35,025 bases of DNA from Elusimicrobiota bacterium (GCA_046153645.1 JBJXGI010000028.1:1-35025), one strand, 5' to 3'; shown: positions 17,801 through 26,200, numbered from the stretch's first letter. Made by a program: numbers and translations. Notes: generated by a model not told the origin, from the letters alone.

Positions 17801-18850
17801 AACATATCGACTATATTTATCGAATTCTGGTGTTTGGTGAAGAGAGATTTTATATTTGTGGCTTAACTCTCTTAATATTTCATGAAATCGTGGATAAGAC
17901 AGACGTCCTAATTTTAATTCTGTGCTCAGTTTTTTTAAATGTGCCAATTCCTCTTCAGGGACATGCGAAGCCAGGGAATTTAAAAAAATCAGTTGTTCGC
18001 GTTGCGCTAAATTAAAATCGAGGTTTTTCTCTAACGCCCAAGTTTTCAAGAAAAGATTCGCGGTGGGGAATCCTGGAGAAGAACTCGAAAGAGGTAAATA
18101 TTTATTTAGCTCATTTAAATAATCACCTACTTTTATTTTTTCATCACGATACAAATCTGAAGTTTTTTCTAATGCTAATAACAAAGGGGAAAAATATTTC
18201 AACTTTCGTCGATCTAATTGTTCTTTCTCATTGGCAATTTCTTTTAATACATTTACCTGAGAACGGAGAGACTTTTTTAACGCTTTAAAATTATTTATAT
18301 ACAACTCAGGATCTTCAACCCCAAAAAATCGAGGCGCTCTTGAAGAAAAAAAACCAGCGGCTTCTGCTCCCGTGATAATTTTATTCTCTAATAAATATTT
18401 TCCTACTTGAGCGTTAACATCTGGCTTTTCTCCTCGAAATTGATCCATCAAAATAGACCCAGTTGCTCCTTCCAAACCAACTCCTGCTTGAGGATAGGTA
18501 TTTATTATTTTTTCAATCAATATTGAGATATTGGTTTGTGCCTCTGAAAAACCATGAATATCTTGAATATGAAAAACAATTCCTACTGACTTATTATTAG
18601 GAGTAAGGACTTTTTGAATATTTGCGAAGGGAGAAAGAAAAGAAAATCCACTTTCAATAGTATCCACTTTACCGAAAGCGTTTAAGTTCTCAGACTGCGG
18701 AGGGAACAACTTCCTTTCATTTACAACTGAGGAAAACTGCCGTTGTTTCCAGAAATTTGTTTCTGTCGCATGAACTCCGATACATTGCGTTACTAAATAA
18801 GTAAGCGTTAAAACTGAAGCGGTCAGTTGATGAAAAAATAATACTTTCAT
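11813..18850 (-). CDS. Giant multidomain membrane protein (2345 aa): conserved N-terminal domain, membrane module, helical region, TM segments, metallophosphoesterase (class III FBPase-like)
   Basis: N-terminal motifs HIQDIH, GLEG, FGVED, RNKTMAEN, VTGGFH; C-terminal motifs SDIHG, GDLIHFG, GNHE, HAFLP, GHTP. Confidence 0.9.
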   Translation of the reverse strand: MKVLFFHQLTASVLTLTYLVTQCIGVHATETNFWKQRQFSSVVNERKLFPPQSENLNAFGKVDTIESGFSFLSPFANIQKVLTPNNKSVGIVFHIQDIHGFSEAQTNISILIEKIINTYPQAGVGLEGATGSILMDQFRGEKPDVNAQVGKYLLENKIITGAEAAGFFSSRAPRFFGVEDPELYINNFKALKKSLRSQVNVLKEIANEKEQLDRRKLKYFSPLLLALEKTSDLYRDEKIKVGDYLNELNKYLPLSSSSPGFPTANLFLKTWALEKNLDFNLAQREQLIFLNSLASHVPEEELAHLKKLSTELKLGRLSYPRFHEILRELSHKYKISLHQTPEFDKYSRYVLLADDIDPALFLSELSAYENEIWRHLCLNDEQRQLWLELFSLNLVQKMVLLKMSPDEWKTYQLLKIKRGGSVSSFEEFYSFAEYRNKTMAENFVKEIREKKDFHKTISVLVTGGFHSHGIDRFLLSKNFTVVPLTPKLIKEFFSSDDYFHVFTQDRTPLERLFTTSQISLVDTLVTKPIGNLRDPLNPDMVRRFRNMVGEKKINWAHLKVMNYFERFKVVFRSLPTTIKEQRFYLMSSLPLVLLGLSPLLFLSNPLAALGFGLIVFVPITFFISFKLFSSFQWGHRDVINDNKYDYLFKNNLKNQKDYLERYLGQRHVVFTFFTIFGFTTTYIWGLVQYSVLSAHLSLSWFLIGLTFISFISAQIFGIVSHFINNHVKWLRWGPNGELGASSVSEKERLYDYVINNLDARFDPDQQRIRPIPSRSFVKRWVLSREFKALLELEGKKFQHLSDDFKMIIFTLSRLSGDSNNLSTVQKLRELFNKTEEGKENEILPPLISFLQMLTYLADHARKKGKKDLYLFIVKVFLDSTNELRSFLQQRGVLAKYVIDLDPYAHLDQKKTKQWYMSLPIMHQIGEMKVGIGFNLWNDLREKNLGGINLMSEISHFEDSSIITATALFSFAFDEILLMENSPAREDLLTRLKSLPKLPSFDDKAKILFELLGKNTDMSDEKFKLFIEGLIEIGRKNYVNFDLFLGHFEKLPIEVRERIKKTALSLLLDLNRPLPVQSGKATRESVVSLEVILAAIYKNEPDELTNQLGKNIPNEAALNLIETEGRAGHLEQLRQILMSDTYPFPWKELAGKILLDHSEYRLILDVLKNKESLRNMDVWSPEELARRLFKKREISSRRLHMINDLIKLSTDPSYKPVVIPLLLRLTHIKVVFHALEKQIEEKDEYAREIMLGEKNKIDQKIYSQKEVTPYDLESLFVVKKLLELYEDPSKQAKLFLSEKRLAEPLIKLLLHPFIAPGIKEHVYKLLAQVDSIELEKTSMFVEPFWLQNFPDEFDGNQRSTRKFSRILNDPDTKKKVQDLVEGMVNVGWGHQSVTLSDFSALVQTYGFPENFKFIVEEKELSLSELISLSSREEYKSRIIFFDKSNNPGTFNVRILQQSMPSSALPFLMLPAGIGGENIYIVLVACIMFLLYKIDISSKKKNRFAPFQTHLLEKGFDFPHANDSSVQITTKINILFFLYFCFIIPFPLVVKFTLVLVFLFGMLKISENRLREDPLSVFLEPSSPDLNKEKIRLSKILEGLKDQNKSQIPKVIVISDIHGQIERFDEIILNVMKSAQPDVKLSREAKLTPDQPLFKQLKKMGFETKRLKRKLLFHINGDLIHFGDNSLLVVERVQELVEEGLADFIVGNHELEFFLNFWKYHFPIEGRYSFDSYKDGYEQQWGAVSDNLTTLSEKSFNWAKFIAQYQKHINNKQKGEKRENGIRMYRNSWDELAQSITRKKGLYRKIIKESLIPGSNQESVWLRFIGNSKNRERSGLWWVEGMSLHWWRRLLEDFIKAKDEVKEQVKYTPKISSAWEEGQKNIEKIVQYLEGKLDKQLNAEGDIEGLSAEVDDDDHEGEMGASEKIEKNKLEKMAIRVLEAIHYLHHSGAENDTQKKVFHWAFDGKKGKSILEVLKAGKSKKSKAKNYFKNKSLEKMFQFIKENFYLVRSDVFGTYLHAFLPLDENGQFNFTYKGINYRGNGVHPYYSLEDPKKLAKIRATLKTEAMEKGILYPSIYEGLDLIAKDIRDSNQPGDVFEAIELLLSWYSKENPVSHEENVVEAIAKFGIHSLLRRNGLNRLFLGHTPIDKFFPELSGGQGKLIEGYFNRDPMSGLRGIVFSDFGAKDDLGGYVELSAHGIHPYAFVQDKGNISLVPNPIIQRKDKGTYLSPSVASKSFLKSLIKEIEGRLNYLSRLIEYETKVNLNIKVKGVTRLRQYIEKFKTIILITIVFLFGQKVLAKELIQPISPEPIPSKSMDASVDLFGAHPQDLKPCLGTRSLHEQHRRQAA

Positions 18851-18932
18851 ACCAAAATGCTACATAAGTCACATGACAGGCATTTTTTAAAACTATTAAT
18901 AAATGCCGTACACTTGTAACAATTTTGTTACA
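18851..18932 (-). promoter_or_regulatory. Putative promoter and operator of the giant gene (-10-like TAGCAT at 18862-18857; palindrome TGTAACAA-TT-TTGTTACA at 18915-18932)
   Basis: Perfect 8-bp inverted repeat; motif set and spacing shared with 3243-3327. Confidence 0.55.
18879..18907 (-). terminator. Possible hairpin or terminator after the Mrp-DUF971 genes
   Basis: GGCATTTTTTAA-AACTA-TTAATAAATGCC (11/12-bp stem); no strong U-tract, so it could be a protein-binding site instead. Confidence 0.3.
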
Positions 18933-18937
18933 TCACT

Positions 18938-19228
18938 TTAATTCAATAGATTTCTCAACGAATGAAAAGTATAAATTCCAGTTGAATGACCATCACTAAA
19001 ATGAAGACCCAACGCATAATTACCCATGAGTTCCACTTTAATGAGAGTCATGTGGGGAGGAAGGGATTTTATATCTAAGAGTTGTTCTCCCGTCAGTTCA
19101 TGTCGACAGGCGGCACAATGGCAATTTTGACGTAACAATAAAGCAGAAAATTCTTTTTCAACTTGGTCCGGCCAAGAAATTTTAAGACCAGCACCTTCCT
19201 TTAATTTTTTAACTTCCGATGGGATCAC
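18938..19228 (-). CDS. DUF971 / gamma-butyrobetaine hydroxylase N-terminal-like protein
   Basis: LRQNCHCAAC, GNYAL, FSDGHSTGIYTF; overlaps the Mrp stop, a common association. Confidence 0.9.
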   Translation of the reverse strand: MIPSEVKKLKEGAGLKISWPDQVEKEFSALLLRQNCHCAACRHELTGEQLLDIKSLPPHMTLIKVELMGNYALGLHFSDGHSTGIYTFHSLRNLLN

Positions 19229-20292
19229 TCACTCACCAAAGCGACTTTGGGTTGATTAAAACTAGCGACACTGATTTGAGCGGCTAATTTTTGAATGATG
19301 TCGCGGTAGATGAGGGCCGAAGGAGAATTATCAATTAACACAATCGGCATTCCTCGATCAGACTGTTCTCGAATTCGCTTTTCTAATGGAATAGCGCCTA
19401 AAAATGGAATTCCCAATTTTTTAGCGACATCTTGAGCTCCCCCCTGACCAAAAATATCGTCTTTTTGTCCACAGTGAGAACAGAGATAAGAACTCATGTT
19501 TTCAATAAGACCTATGGTTTTAATATTCGTGGTTTCAAACATTCGATATGTTTTAAGTGAAATGGTAAGCCCTACATCTTGCGGAGTTGAAACCAAAACG
19601 GCCCCTGTGATATTTATTGACTGCGCCAAGGTCAAATGAACATCTCCTGTTCCCGGAGGTAAATCAATAAATAAATAATCGAGTTCTCCCCATTGAACTT
19701 GAAAAAGAGATTGTTGAAGCGCATGATGCGCCATCGGACCTCGCCAAATAAGCGGTTTATCTCCGGGTGCCATAAAACCCATCGACATAAATTTAACCCC
19801 ATGCGCCAGCGCAGGAATAATTTCTTGATTGGGCGCCAATTCAATTTCTGCCTCTGGGCCCATCATCAAGGGAACAGTAGGCCCATAAATATCTGCATCT
19901 AAAAGCCCCACTTTAGCTCCCGTTTGCGCCATTCCCACCGCTAAATTTACGGCAACGGTAGACTTTCCAACTCCCCCTTTCCCACTGGCCACCGCAATAA
20001 TATTTCTCACATTTTTCATGGCCGCTTTATCCAAATCAACACTTCGCCGTACTTCGGCCGTCATGTTGATTGTCACTTTTTTAACACCAGGCAATTTTTC
20101 AACAACAGTCTTGGCTTGATCTTTTATTTGATCTTTAACAGGGCAGGCGGGCGTTGTCAAATTAATGTCAAACTTTACGTCTCCATTGGTTATAGTCAAG
20201 TTTTTAATAAACCCAAGTGAGACAATATCTCGGTGTAAATCTGGATCTTCAACTTGAGCCAATGCTTTTAAAATCTCATTTTCTGTTGTCAT
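19225..20292 (-). CDS. apbC: Mrp/ApbC (NBP35) Fe-S cluster carrier ATPase
   Basis: LTTPACP, SGKGGVGKST, DADIYGP, WRGPM, DLPPGTGD, ENMS-CxxC. Confidence 0.96.
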   Translation of the reverse strand: MTTENEILKALAQVEDPDLHRDIVSLGFIKNLTITNGDVKFDINLTTPACPVKDQIKDQAKTVVEKLPGVKKVTINMTAEVRRSVDLDKAAMKNVRNIIAVASGKGGVGKSTVAVNLAVGMAQTGAKVGLLDADIYGPTVPLMMGPEAEIELAPNQEIIPALAHGVKFMSMGFMAPGDKPLIWRGPMAHHALQQSLFQVQWGELDYLFIDLPPGTGDVHLTLAQSINITGAVLVSTPQDVGLTISLKTYRMFETTNIKTIGLIENMSSYLCSHCGQKDDIFGQGGAQDVAKKLGIPFLGAIPLEKRIREQSDRGMPIVLIDNSPSALIYRDIIQKLAAQISVASFNQPKVALVSE

Positions 20293-20312
20293 TTTAATCC
20301 TTTATTTCGAAA

Positions 20313-22253
20313 TTAATTATGTTCTAAATGATTTGATTCTTCTAATAACACTTCTTGATCTAAGCGTAAAAATTCTGACATGGACCAAGCTTGAAAAGGA
20401 CACCCTCGAGGTGTGTGTGGAAAGTCGCCGTCTACAATTTCGGAAATATGGCCCAACCCCGCTTCTTGAAAATGGGTAATCATAGGAGATAAGAAATTCT
20501 TTCTGGCTTCTATTTTCACTTCTTTACCGCTCCCTCTAACTCTGACCCATGCTTCAACAAAAGGCCCCAATAGCCAGGGCCAAGCAGTCCCTTGGTGGTA
20601 AGAGCTGTCACGCTCAATAACACCTCCTTCATACTTACCCACATAATGAGGATCTTCCGGAGAAAGAGAGCGAATTCCCAAAGGAACCCATAATTTTTTC
20701 TCTATGAGATCAACAATCTGTCTTGCCTGAGTGGGACTAACCAAAACCAAAGGAAGCCCACCAACAGCAAATAATTGATTCGGACGAAGGGACGAATCAG
20801 CTTTTCCAACTTCATGATCAACATCAATCACATCATGCAAAAACCCCAATTCATGGCTAAAAAACTTTTTCTCAAAACTTTCGCGGCCTTTTTTCAACAA
20901 ATCCGTCCATTCAGAAGAATAGGAACCAGCAAACCACAAAGAATTAAGCCACAAAGCTTGAATTTCGACGGGTTTTCCTATTCGGGGGGTAATAACCCAT
21001 TCTCCTAATTTCGCGTCCATCCAAGTTAACTGATGACCTTTTTCTCCGCACATCAACAACCCATCGGTATCTAAAACAATTCCATGACGAGTCCCTTTTT
21101 TATAGGCCTGTAAAATTTCCAAAACCGTTGCTTTTAATTTTGTTATGACATCGTAGAGTTCGTACCCTTCTTTTTTTGATTTTTTAAAAAAATCATGAAC
21201 CGCCATAATAAACCATAACGACGCATCAACAGAATTATAAACCGCACTTTTATCACGCTCAGGAATGTAATTTGGCATGAGACCATCTCGAATGTGATCT
21301 GCCCAATTCATAAGAATTTTAGCAGCCTCTTCAAAACGGCCTGTTGACAGACATAACCCTCTTAAAGAAATAAATGTATCTCTCCCCCATGCTGTAAACC
21401 AAGGGTATCCTGCAATAATCGTCGTATTATTTTCACAACGAATGAGATAATCATCCGCCGATTGGAAGACCGGAGATTTAAATCCGACGCGTCTTTTGAT
21501 TTCAACAGATTTCAAGGATTCATATATTTTTTCAGGATTTTTTTGGTTGATCAAATAAGGTTCAATTTCCTTCGTAGAAAAAATAAGGACAGCCCTTTTC
21601 TTCAATAAGTCAAATTTGTAATAACCCGGTGTGGCGAGATCTTCTTCTGAATCTAAACCCCGACTTCTTTCCTGTGCATATGAAAATTGTCGATACCAAT
21701 CTGGCTGATGAATATAAGTTCCATTAGAAAAAGAGAGGAAGGGCAAAACGCCATCGTATAAATTCCACTCATGAAATCCGTTTTCTGTTTTTGGCGTGAA
21801 TTGAAAAAACGAATTTTTCTTATGAAGAGAATGATAATCTCTTCCTGAAAAAAAAGGTCTCACTGTGAGAGAAAGGTTTTTACTGGGAGTTAATACATTC
21901 CAACTTAAAACCACACAGGGCAAAGCTTTGGGCATAAAAACTTCAAATTCTATTTTATGCTCTCCTATTTTATAGACCCACTTGGGCCACGGCCGGAAGG
22001 TAAACTCGCTTAAGTATTTTTGCCCATCAGGAGAAAATACATCTGGGTAATAATGTTGAGTGGAAAGCGCAACAGATTCCTGACCAATATTAACCCAAGC
22101 ATCAACCCCATTAACCAACATGACTCTTTGGAGTTGCGGTGGAACCGCGGGGCAAAAAAGGCCATGATAACGACGTGTACGAACACCAGACGAAGTGCCC
22201 ATGGCAAAACCGCCGAGACCGTCAGTTTCAAGCCATTCAGAAAGGTGATTCAT
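20313..22253 (-). CDS. Glycogen debranching enzyme (amylo-alpha-1,6-glucosidase)
   Basis: EWLETDGLGGFA, TRRYHGL, IAGYPWF..WGRDTFI, LTWMDAK, RPNQ, YHQGTAWPWL, GCPFQAWS. Confidence 0.95.
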   Translation of the reverse strand: MNHLSEWLETDGLGGFAMGTSSGVRTRRYHGLFCPAVPPQLQRVMLVNGVDAWVNIGQESVALSTQHYYPDVFSPDGQKYLSEFTFRPWPKWVYKIGEHKIEFEVFMPKALPCVVLSWNVLTPSKNLSLTVRPFFSGRDYHSLHKKNSFFQFTPKTENGFHEWNLYDGVLPFLSFSNGTYIHQPDWYRQFSYAQERSRGLDSEEDLATPGYYKFDLLKKRAVLIFSTKEIEPYLINQKNPEKIYESLKSVEIKRRVGFKSPVFQSADDYLIRCENNTTIIAGYPWFTAWGRDTFISLRGLCLSTGRFEEAAKILMNWADHIRDGLMPNYIPERDKSAVYNSVDASLWFIMAVHDFFKKSKKEGYELYDVITKLKATVLEILQAYKKGTRHGIVLDTDGLLMCGEKGHQLTWMDAKLGEWVITPRIGKPVEIQALWLNSLWFAGSYSSEWTDLLKKGRESFEKKFFSHELGFLHDVIDVDHEVGKADSSLRPNQLFAVGGLPLVLVSPTQARQIVDLIEKKLWVPLGIRSLSPEDPHYVGKYEGGVIERDSSYHQGTAWPWLLGPFVEAWVRVRGSGKEVKIEARKNFLSPMITHFQEAGLGHISEIVDGDFPHTPRGCPFQAWSMSEFLRLDQEVLLEESNHLEHN

Positions 22254-22265
22254 GAATCAAAGAAA

Positions 22266-23441
22266 TTAAACGTAGGCGAATTGAGTTCCGCGGACGCCAT
22301 AAGAAGAACACATTTGACCCCATTCGGAGATGGACTCCTGCAGTCTCTTTTTTGAAATCTCAATATCAATCTTCAACTTTTCAATTCGTTCATTAATGGC
22401 GTCGACTTGATGTGAAAGCGCCGCCATTCTTTCTTGTTTGAGTCTCTTATATTCAGTTTTTAGGTACCTAAACTGAACGTAAGTCTGTTCGATTTTGGCT
22501 CTTGTTGAAAGAATAAATTCTTTTTTAATTTTAAGTGTCGGAACTTTTTCTAGAGCTAAAACCAACCGTTTTTCATCCATTTTAAGACGCGCTCTTAAAA
22601 TTGTTTCATTGGGAATTTGTCTTAAATTATAAGTTTGACCAAATTTTTCCATTGTTTTAATGATCCACTTTGTTGGATCCCAATGATAGGCGCGAATGCC
22701 ATTTCGATAATCCGTGGGGAATTTATGGTGGTAATTATGATACCCCTCTCCATAAGTGACCAACGCTAAAAACCAGGAATCTCTTGAGGTATTTTGATCT
22801 GAGTAAGGCCTTTTTCCAATCATGTGCGCGAATGAATTAATTGAGAAAGTAAAATGGTGATTCATCACCGTTCTTAAAAATCCCGCAATGAAAAACCCAC
22901 CCAACGGATCTCCCCAAATTGAAGCAAGCAGTGTTGGAAAAACAAACCCCACAATAATTCCAATCTTCACATAGTGCCGATTTTGCCATTGCACAAGCTT
23001 ATCTTCTTCTAAGTCAGAAACGTTATTATACTGATGACTTCCATCGTATCTAAGCATCACCCAACCCATATGGGCAAACCAAAAACCGCGTTTAATATTG
23101 TAAGGGTCTAAATTAGTGTCGACATATTTATGATGCTTCCGATGATCTGAGGACCAATGAAGGGCCGAGTTTTCAAACGCGGCAGCCCCAAACAACAACA
23201 TAAAAAGCTTATAAAGAGATCTGGCCTCATAACCACGATGAGAAAAAAGTCGATGATAACCACCTGTAATACCAACTCCAGTCGCGATTGCCATAAAAAT
23301 GGCAAGCACAATTGTTTCCCATTGAATTGAATGGGTAAAAGCTAAATAAGCCGTCCCAGTAAATGCAATGATGGGGGTGAGAACGAGAAAACTCGCATTG
23401 ATTAAATCAATTTTTGCTAAAAAATTTTTTATGTAACTCAA
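22266..23441 (-). CDS. Delta-9 acyl-CoA (fatty acid) desaturase with a C-terminal coiled coil
   Basis: His boxes HRLFSH, HRKHH and GEGYHNYHH; WDPTKW. Confidence 0.95.
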   Translation of the reverse strand: MSYIKNFLAKIDLINASFLVLTPIIAFTGTAYLAFTHSIQWETIVLAIFMAIATGVGITGGYHRLFSHRGYEARSLYKLFMLLFGAAAFENSALHWSSDHRKHHKYVDTNLDPYNIKRGFWFAHMGWVMLRYDGSHQYNNVSDLEEDKLVQWQNRHYVKIGIIVGFVFPTLLASIWGDPLGGFFIAGFLRTVMNHHFTFSINSFAHMIGKRPYSDQNTSRDSWFLALVTYGEGYHNYHHKFPTDYRNGIRAYHWDPTKWIIKTMEKFGQTYNLRQIPNETILRARLKMDEKRLVLALEKVPTLKIKKEFILSTRAKIEQTYVQFRYLKTEYKRLKQERMAALSHQVDAINERIEKLKIDIEISKKRLQESISEWGQMCSSYGVRGTQFAYV

Positions 23442-23532
23442 AATAATTCTCCTTTAAACGTGTATAAGTGATTCTATAATTGATTGTAATGAAAAGCATT
23501 GAAAATTCAATCAATTAGATAATTTGTTAATA

Positions 23533-23569
23533 CCATGAAAATTCGAATATTGACTTCGAATTTTCATGG
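23533..23569. promoter_or_regulatory. Perfect 15-bp inverted repeat (terminator or operator)
   Basis: CCATGAAAATTCGAA-TATTGAC-TTCGAATTTTCATGG, 12 nt past the ABM gene stop and upstream of the desaturase. Confidence 0.5.
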
Positions 23570-23581
23570 ATATCTAAACCG

Positions 23582-23899
23582 TCAAATAAGCTCTTTTTCC
23601 GATTGCCCTATATTCTGTGGTTCCAATGAAAGAATATCAATTGATTCAATTAGTTCTTCTTTTCTCGCAAAGGCTCGAGCAATGTGGGGTGCGCTTAAAT
23701 GAGACTTCAAAGCAGAAACATCTTTCCACTTTTCAATAAAAACAAACTTTTTAGGATCAGCTGGTACCTTATGAAACGCATAAAGAACACAACCAGGCTC
23801 TTTATGTGTTTCAACAATAACCTCATGAAGAACTTTTTCTAATTCTTTTTCTTTTGCCTCTTTGGCTTTTATGACAGCAACAACGCGATGTTCTGACAT
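23582..23899 (-). CDS. Antibiotic-biosynthesis-monooxygenase (ABM) family protein, putative quinol monooxygenase
   Basis: THKEPGCVLY, FVFIEKW, ALKSHLSAPH. Confidence 0.9.
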   Translation of the reverse strand: MSEHRVVAVIKAKEAKEKELEKVLHEVIVETHKEPGCVLYAFHKVPADPKKFVFIEKWKDVSALKSHLSAPHIARAFARKEELIESIDILSLEPQNIGQSEKELI

Positions 23900-23931
23900 A
23901 GAAAAAACTCCTTTTTTGTTAATATTCTTAA

Positions 23932-24279
23932 ATGTATTTAATTATTGAAGAAAATCCCAACTGTGAGCCAGATGAGCGGGTCTTTTCTGAATCTGGCGAC
24001 AAAAAAAGTGTCCTACAAATTCAACTTAATATTCAAGGGCACGAACCCCTCTGGTACGATATTATTTCCGTCGATAAAAACAATCAGTTTTCACCCGCAC
24101 ACGCCTATCGAATTGAAGATTCTAGTGACGGGACCGCATGGCTTATCTTCGGTGGCGCTTGGGGAATTCGACTTAAAAACCAAGAACATAATGACGAGTG
24201 GTCATTAACGAATAAAAATCAATTTGGATATCCGTTCCTTGTCTTAGAAAGTTCAGGAAAGGCCATTCGTTTCAGTTAG
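23932..24279 (+). CDS. Hypothetical protein (115 aa)
   Basis: Fills the gap between the ABM and GH genes; protein-like composition (IEDSSDG, GGAWGIRL); no family recognised. Confidence 0.65.
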   Translation: MYLIIEENPNCEPDERVFSESGDKKSVLQIQLNIQGHEPLWYDIISVDKNNQFSPAHAYRIEDSSDGTAWLIFGGAWGIRLKNQEHNDEWSLTNKNQFGYPFLVLESSGKAIRFS

Positions 24280-26200
24280 TTTTTTTCCAAAGTTTATCTT
24301 TATAAATCTTATAGGCTAAACGAGGTTGACGAATCAGTGGATCTGACCCATTGCCTCGAGAAACGACACCAAACCATTCTTCTGAAGACCATCCATCAGG
24401 AAATGCCATAGGCGAATCTTTCGTTCCCTCTTGAGCCTGTTCCCCTCCTTGCCGACTTTTCCACCATTCATCGATAAATTCAAATATAACTCCACCGATA
24501 GAATTACCCAATGTCGGTTGCCCCGCCTGATATCGTGCTATATTATCCCAATTCCCTTGATGATACTCAGCCTGAGCTTTTTCATTTTCTTTATCAGTTC
24601 TTGAATCAAAGGCGTCGCATCCAAATTCAGTGATCATTACCGGACGATCAAACATTTCGTTCACATTTTTCCAAGTACTTCCAAATCCATCTCTACCCAA
24701 ATATAAATTAGCGCCGAATATATCCACATTTCCGGCATATAACGCATGTTCTTCTAAACTGGATAATCCGAGATTTCCCACTGCCACCGGGTGATCAGGG
24801 TCCAACTTATGAATCATATCAGCCATTTCGTTGACAAAAGTTAAATAAGCGCGGGTTTGTTGAGAGGCTTTGGTTCGAGTGGCATTAACGCCAGAATAAT
24901 CAGACGGCATGAGATTTTCATTCCCCAGAAGCCACATTAAAACATAAGGTTCTCGGCGATGATCAAGCACATAATTTTTGAGCGCAAGACGCATGTTCTC
25001 CAATTGAACTGGATCGGTGTAATCAGTTCCCTCTTCCCAACTGGCCCCAGAGCCAATAGTATAAGCTCCTAAAAAATCCCCCATGATAACGTAGACACCA
25101 TATTTTGATTGGAGTTCACGTAACGTTTTTTTATTAAATTCGTTGGGGTTGTATTCGAGTTTCCGTCCTGGTCGATAAAGGCGAATCGCATTAGCACCCA
25201 TGTCTTTTAATAATTGAAAATCGCCAACAACGGGGTCATTAGAATCTTTCCGGTTATTCCCATTCAAATCAACCCAACTTTGATAGGGAGCATCTGGCTC
25301 ACCATCCATATCATGATCTTCTTTCATCCAATCAAGACCATAATTCCCCAAATGTTGCCCAGGAGGCGTTGGTGAATAAGTGACTCCTTTAACAAAAAAA
25401 GGATTCCCCTCTAAGCGCAATTGCCACTGTTTATTTTCGAATTGAACCAACTGAACTTTTCCAAGACCTCTTTGATTAACAATTTTCAGTTTTGATAAAT
25501 CAACTTTCGTGCCACCTTTATAAGAAACCCATCGACCCGGATCCAGCTGAAATACATCGTTATTTAAATCAGTATCGTTGCCATTTTTAATCTTAAAAAT
25601 GGCCCCCTCAAGCTGATGGCCCACTTGTGGGTATCGCTCGGTTAAATTTTGAATTTTATTCATTGCCTCTTGCCCCACGTACCAAACAAAAGATTGATCC
25701 GCCGACCAACAAGCTTCACGAGGGAAAAAAACCAAAATTGAATAATAAGCTTTGAGGGCTTGTTGAATGTGCCCTGTTTCAACCAACGCATTTCCTGTAA
25801 ACAATAATTTTGTTCCAGGTCCAACTTCTCGTGCCGTGGCCCAAACATAAAAATCTGCTTGAGGGTTTTCAGTTTGAACATGTTCCCAATGGGACGCCGG
25901 CTTAGGATTTTTCTTTTTCCATTTCATAAAACCGGGATCATTAAATACTGATGATACATTGGGGAAAACGCCAGTTCCCATGGCCTTGGCCAAGCCCATC
26001 CGATCTTTTATGATGAACTTATAGTCATTGGTTCCACGCTTCGTAAAATCTCCAAATTTTTCAAAGTTAACAGGGAAGGCAACTCCTTTATCTACAATAG
26101 AAAATTTGGGAGAAGGCAAAGAGGTTTGATCAACTCCTCCAACAAGAAAAGGAATAACTCCAAAAAAACCAAGAAAAATCAAAGAAATGTTTTTTTTCAT
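24272..26200 (-). CDS. Exported clan GH-A (GH2-like TIM barrel) glycoside hydrolase
   Basis: Signal peptide; VKGVTYSP, DFQLLKDMGANAIRLY, WLLGNEN (acid/base), MITEFGCD (nucleophile), FEFIDEWWK. Confidence 0.88.
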   Translation of the reverse strand: MKKNISLIFLGFFGVIPFLVGGVDQTSLPSPKFSIVDKGVAFPVNFEKFGDFTKRGTNDYKFIIKDRMGLAKAMGTGVFPNVSSVFNDPGFMKWKKKNPKPASHWEHVQTENPQADFYVWATAREVGPGTKLLFTGNALVETGHIQQALKAYYSILVFFPREACWSADQSFVWYVGQEAMNKIQNLTERYPQVGHQLEGAIFKIKNGNDTDLNNDVFQLDPGRWVSYKGGTKVDLSKLKIVNQRGLGKVQLVQFENKQWQLRLEGNPFFVKGVTYSPTPPGQHLGNYGLDWMKEDHDMDGEPDAPYQSWVDLNGNNRKDSNDPVVGDFQLLKDMGANAIRLYRPGRKLEYNPNEFNKKTLRELQSKYGVYVIMGDFLGAYTIGSGASWEEGTDYTDPVQLENMRLALKNYVLDHRREPYVLMWLLGNENLMPSDYSGVNATRTKASQQTRAYLTFVNEMADMIHKLDPDHPVAVGNLGLSSLEEHALYAGNVDIFGANLYLGRDGFGSTWKNVNEMFDRPVMITEFGCDAFDSRTDKENEKAQAEYHQGNWDNIARYQAGQPTLGNSIGGVIFEFIDEWWKSRQGGEQAQEGTKDSPMAFPDGWSSEEWFGVVSRGNGSDPLIRQPRLAYKIYKDKLWKKTN

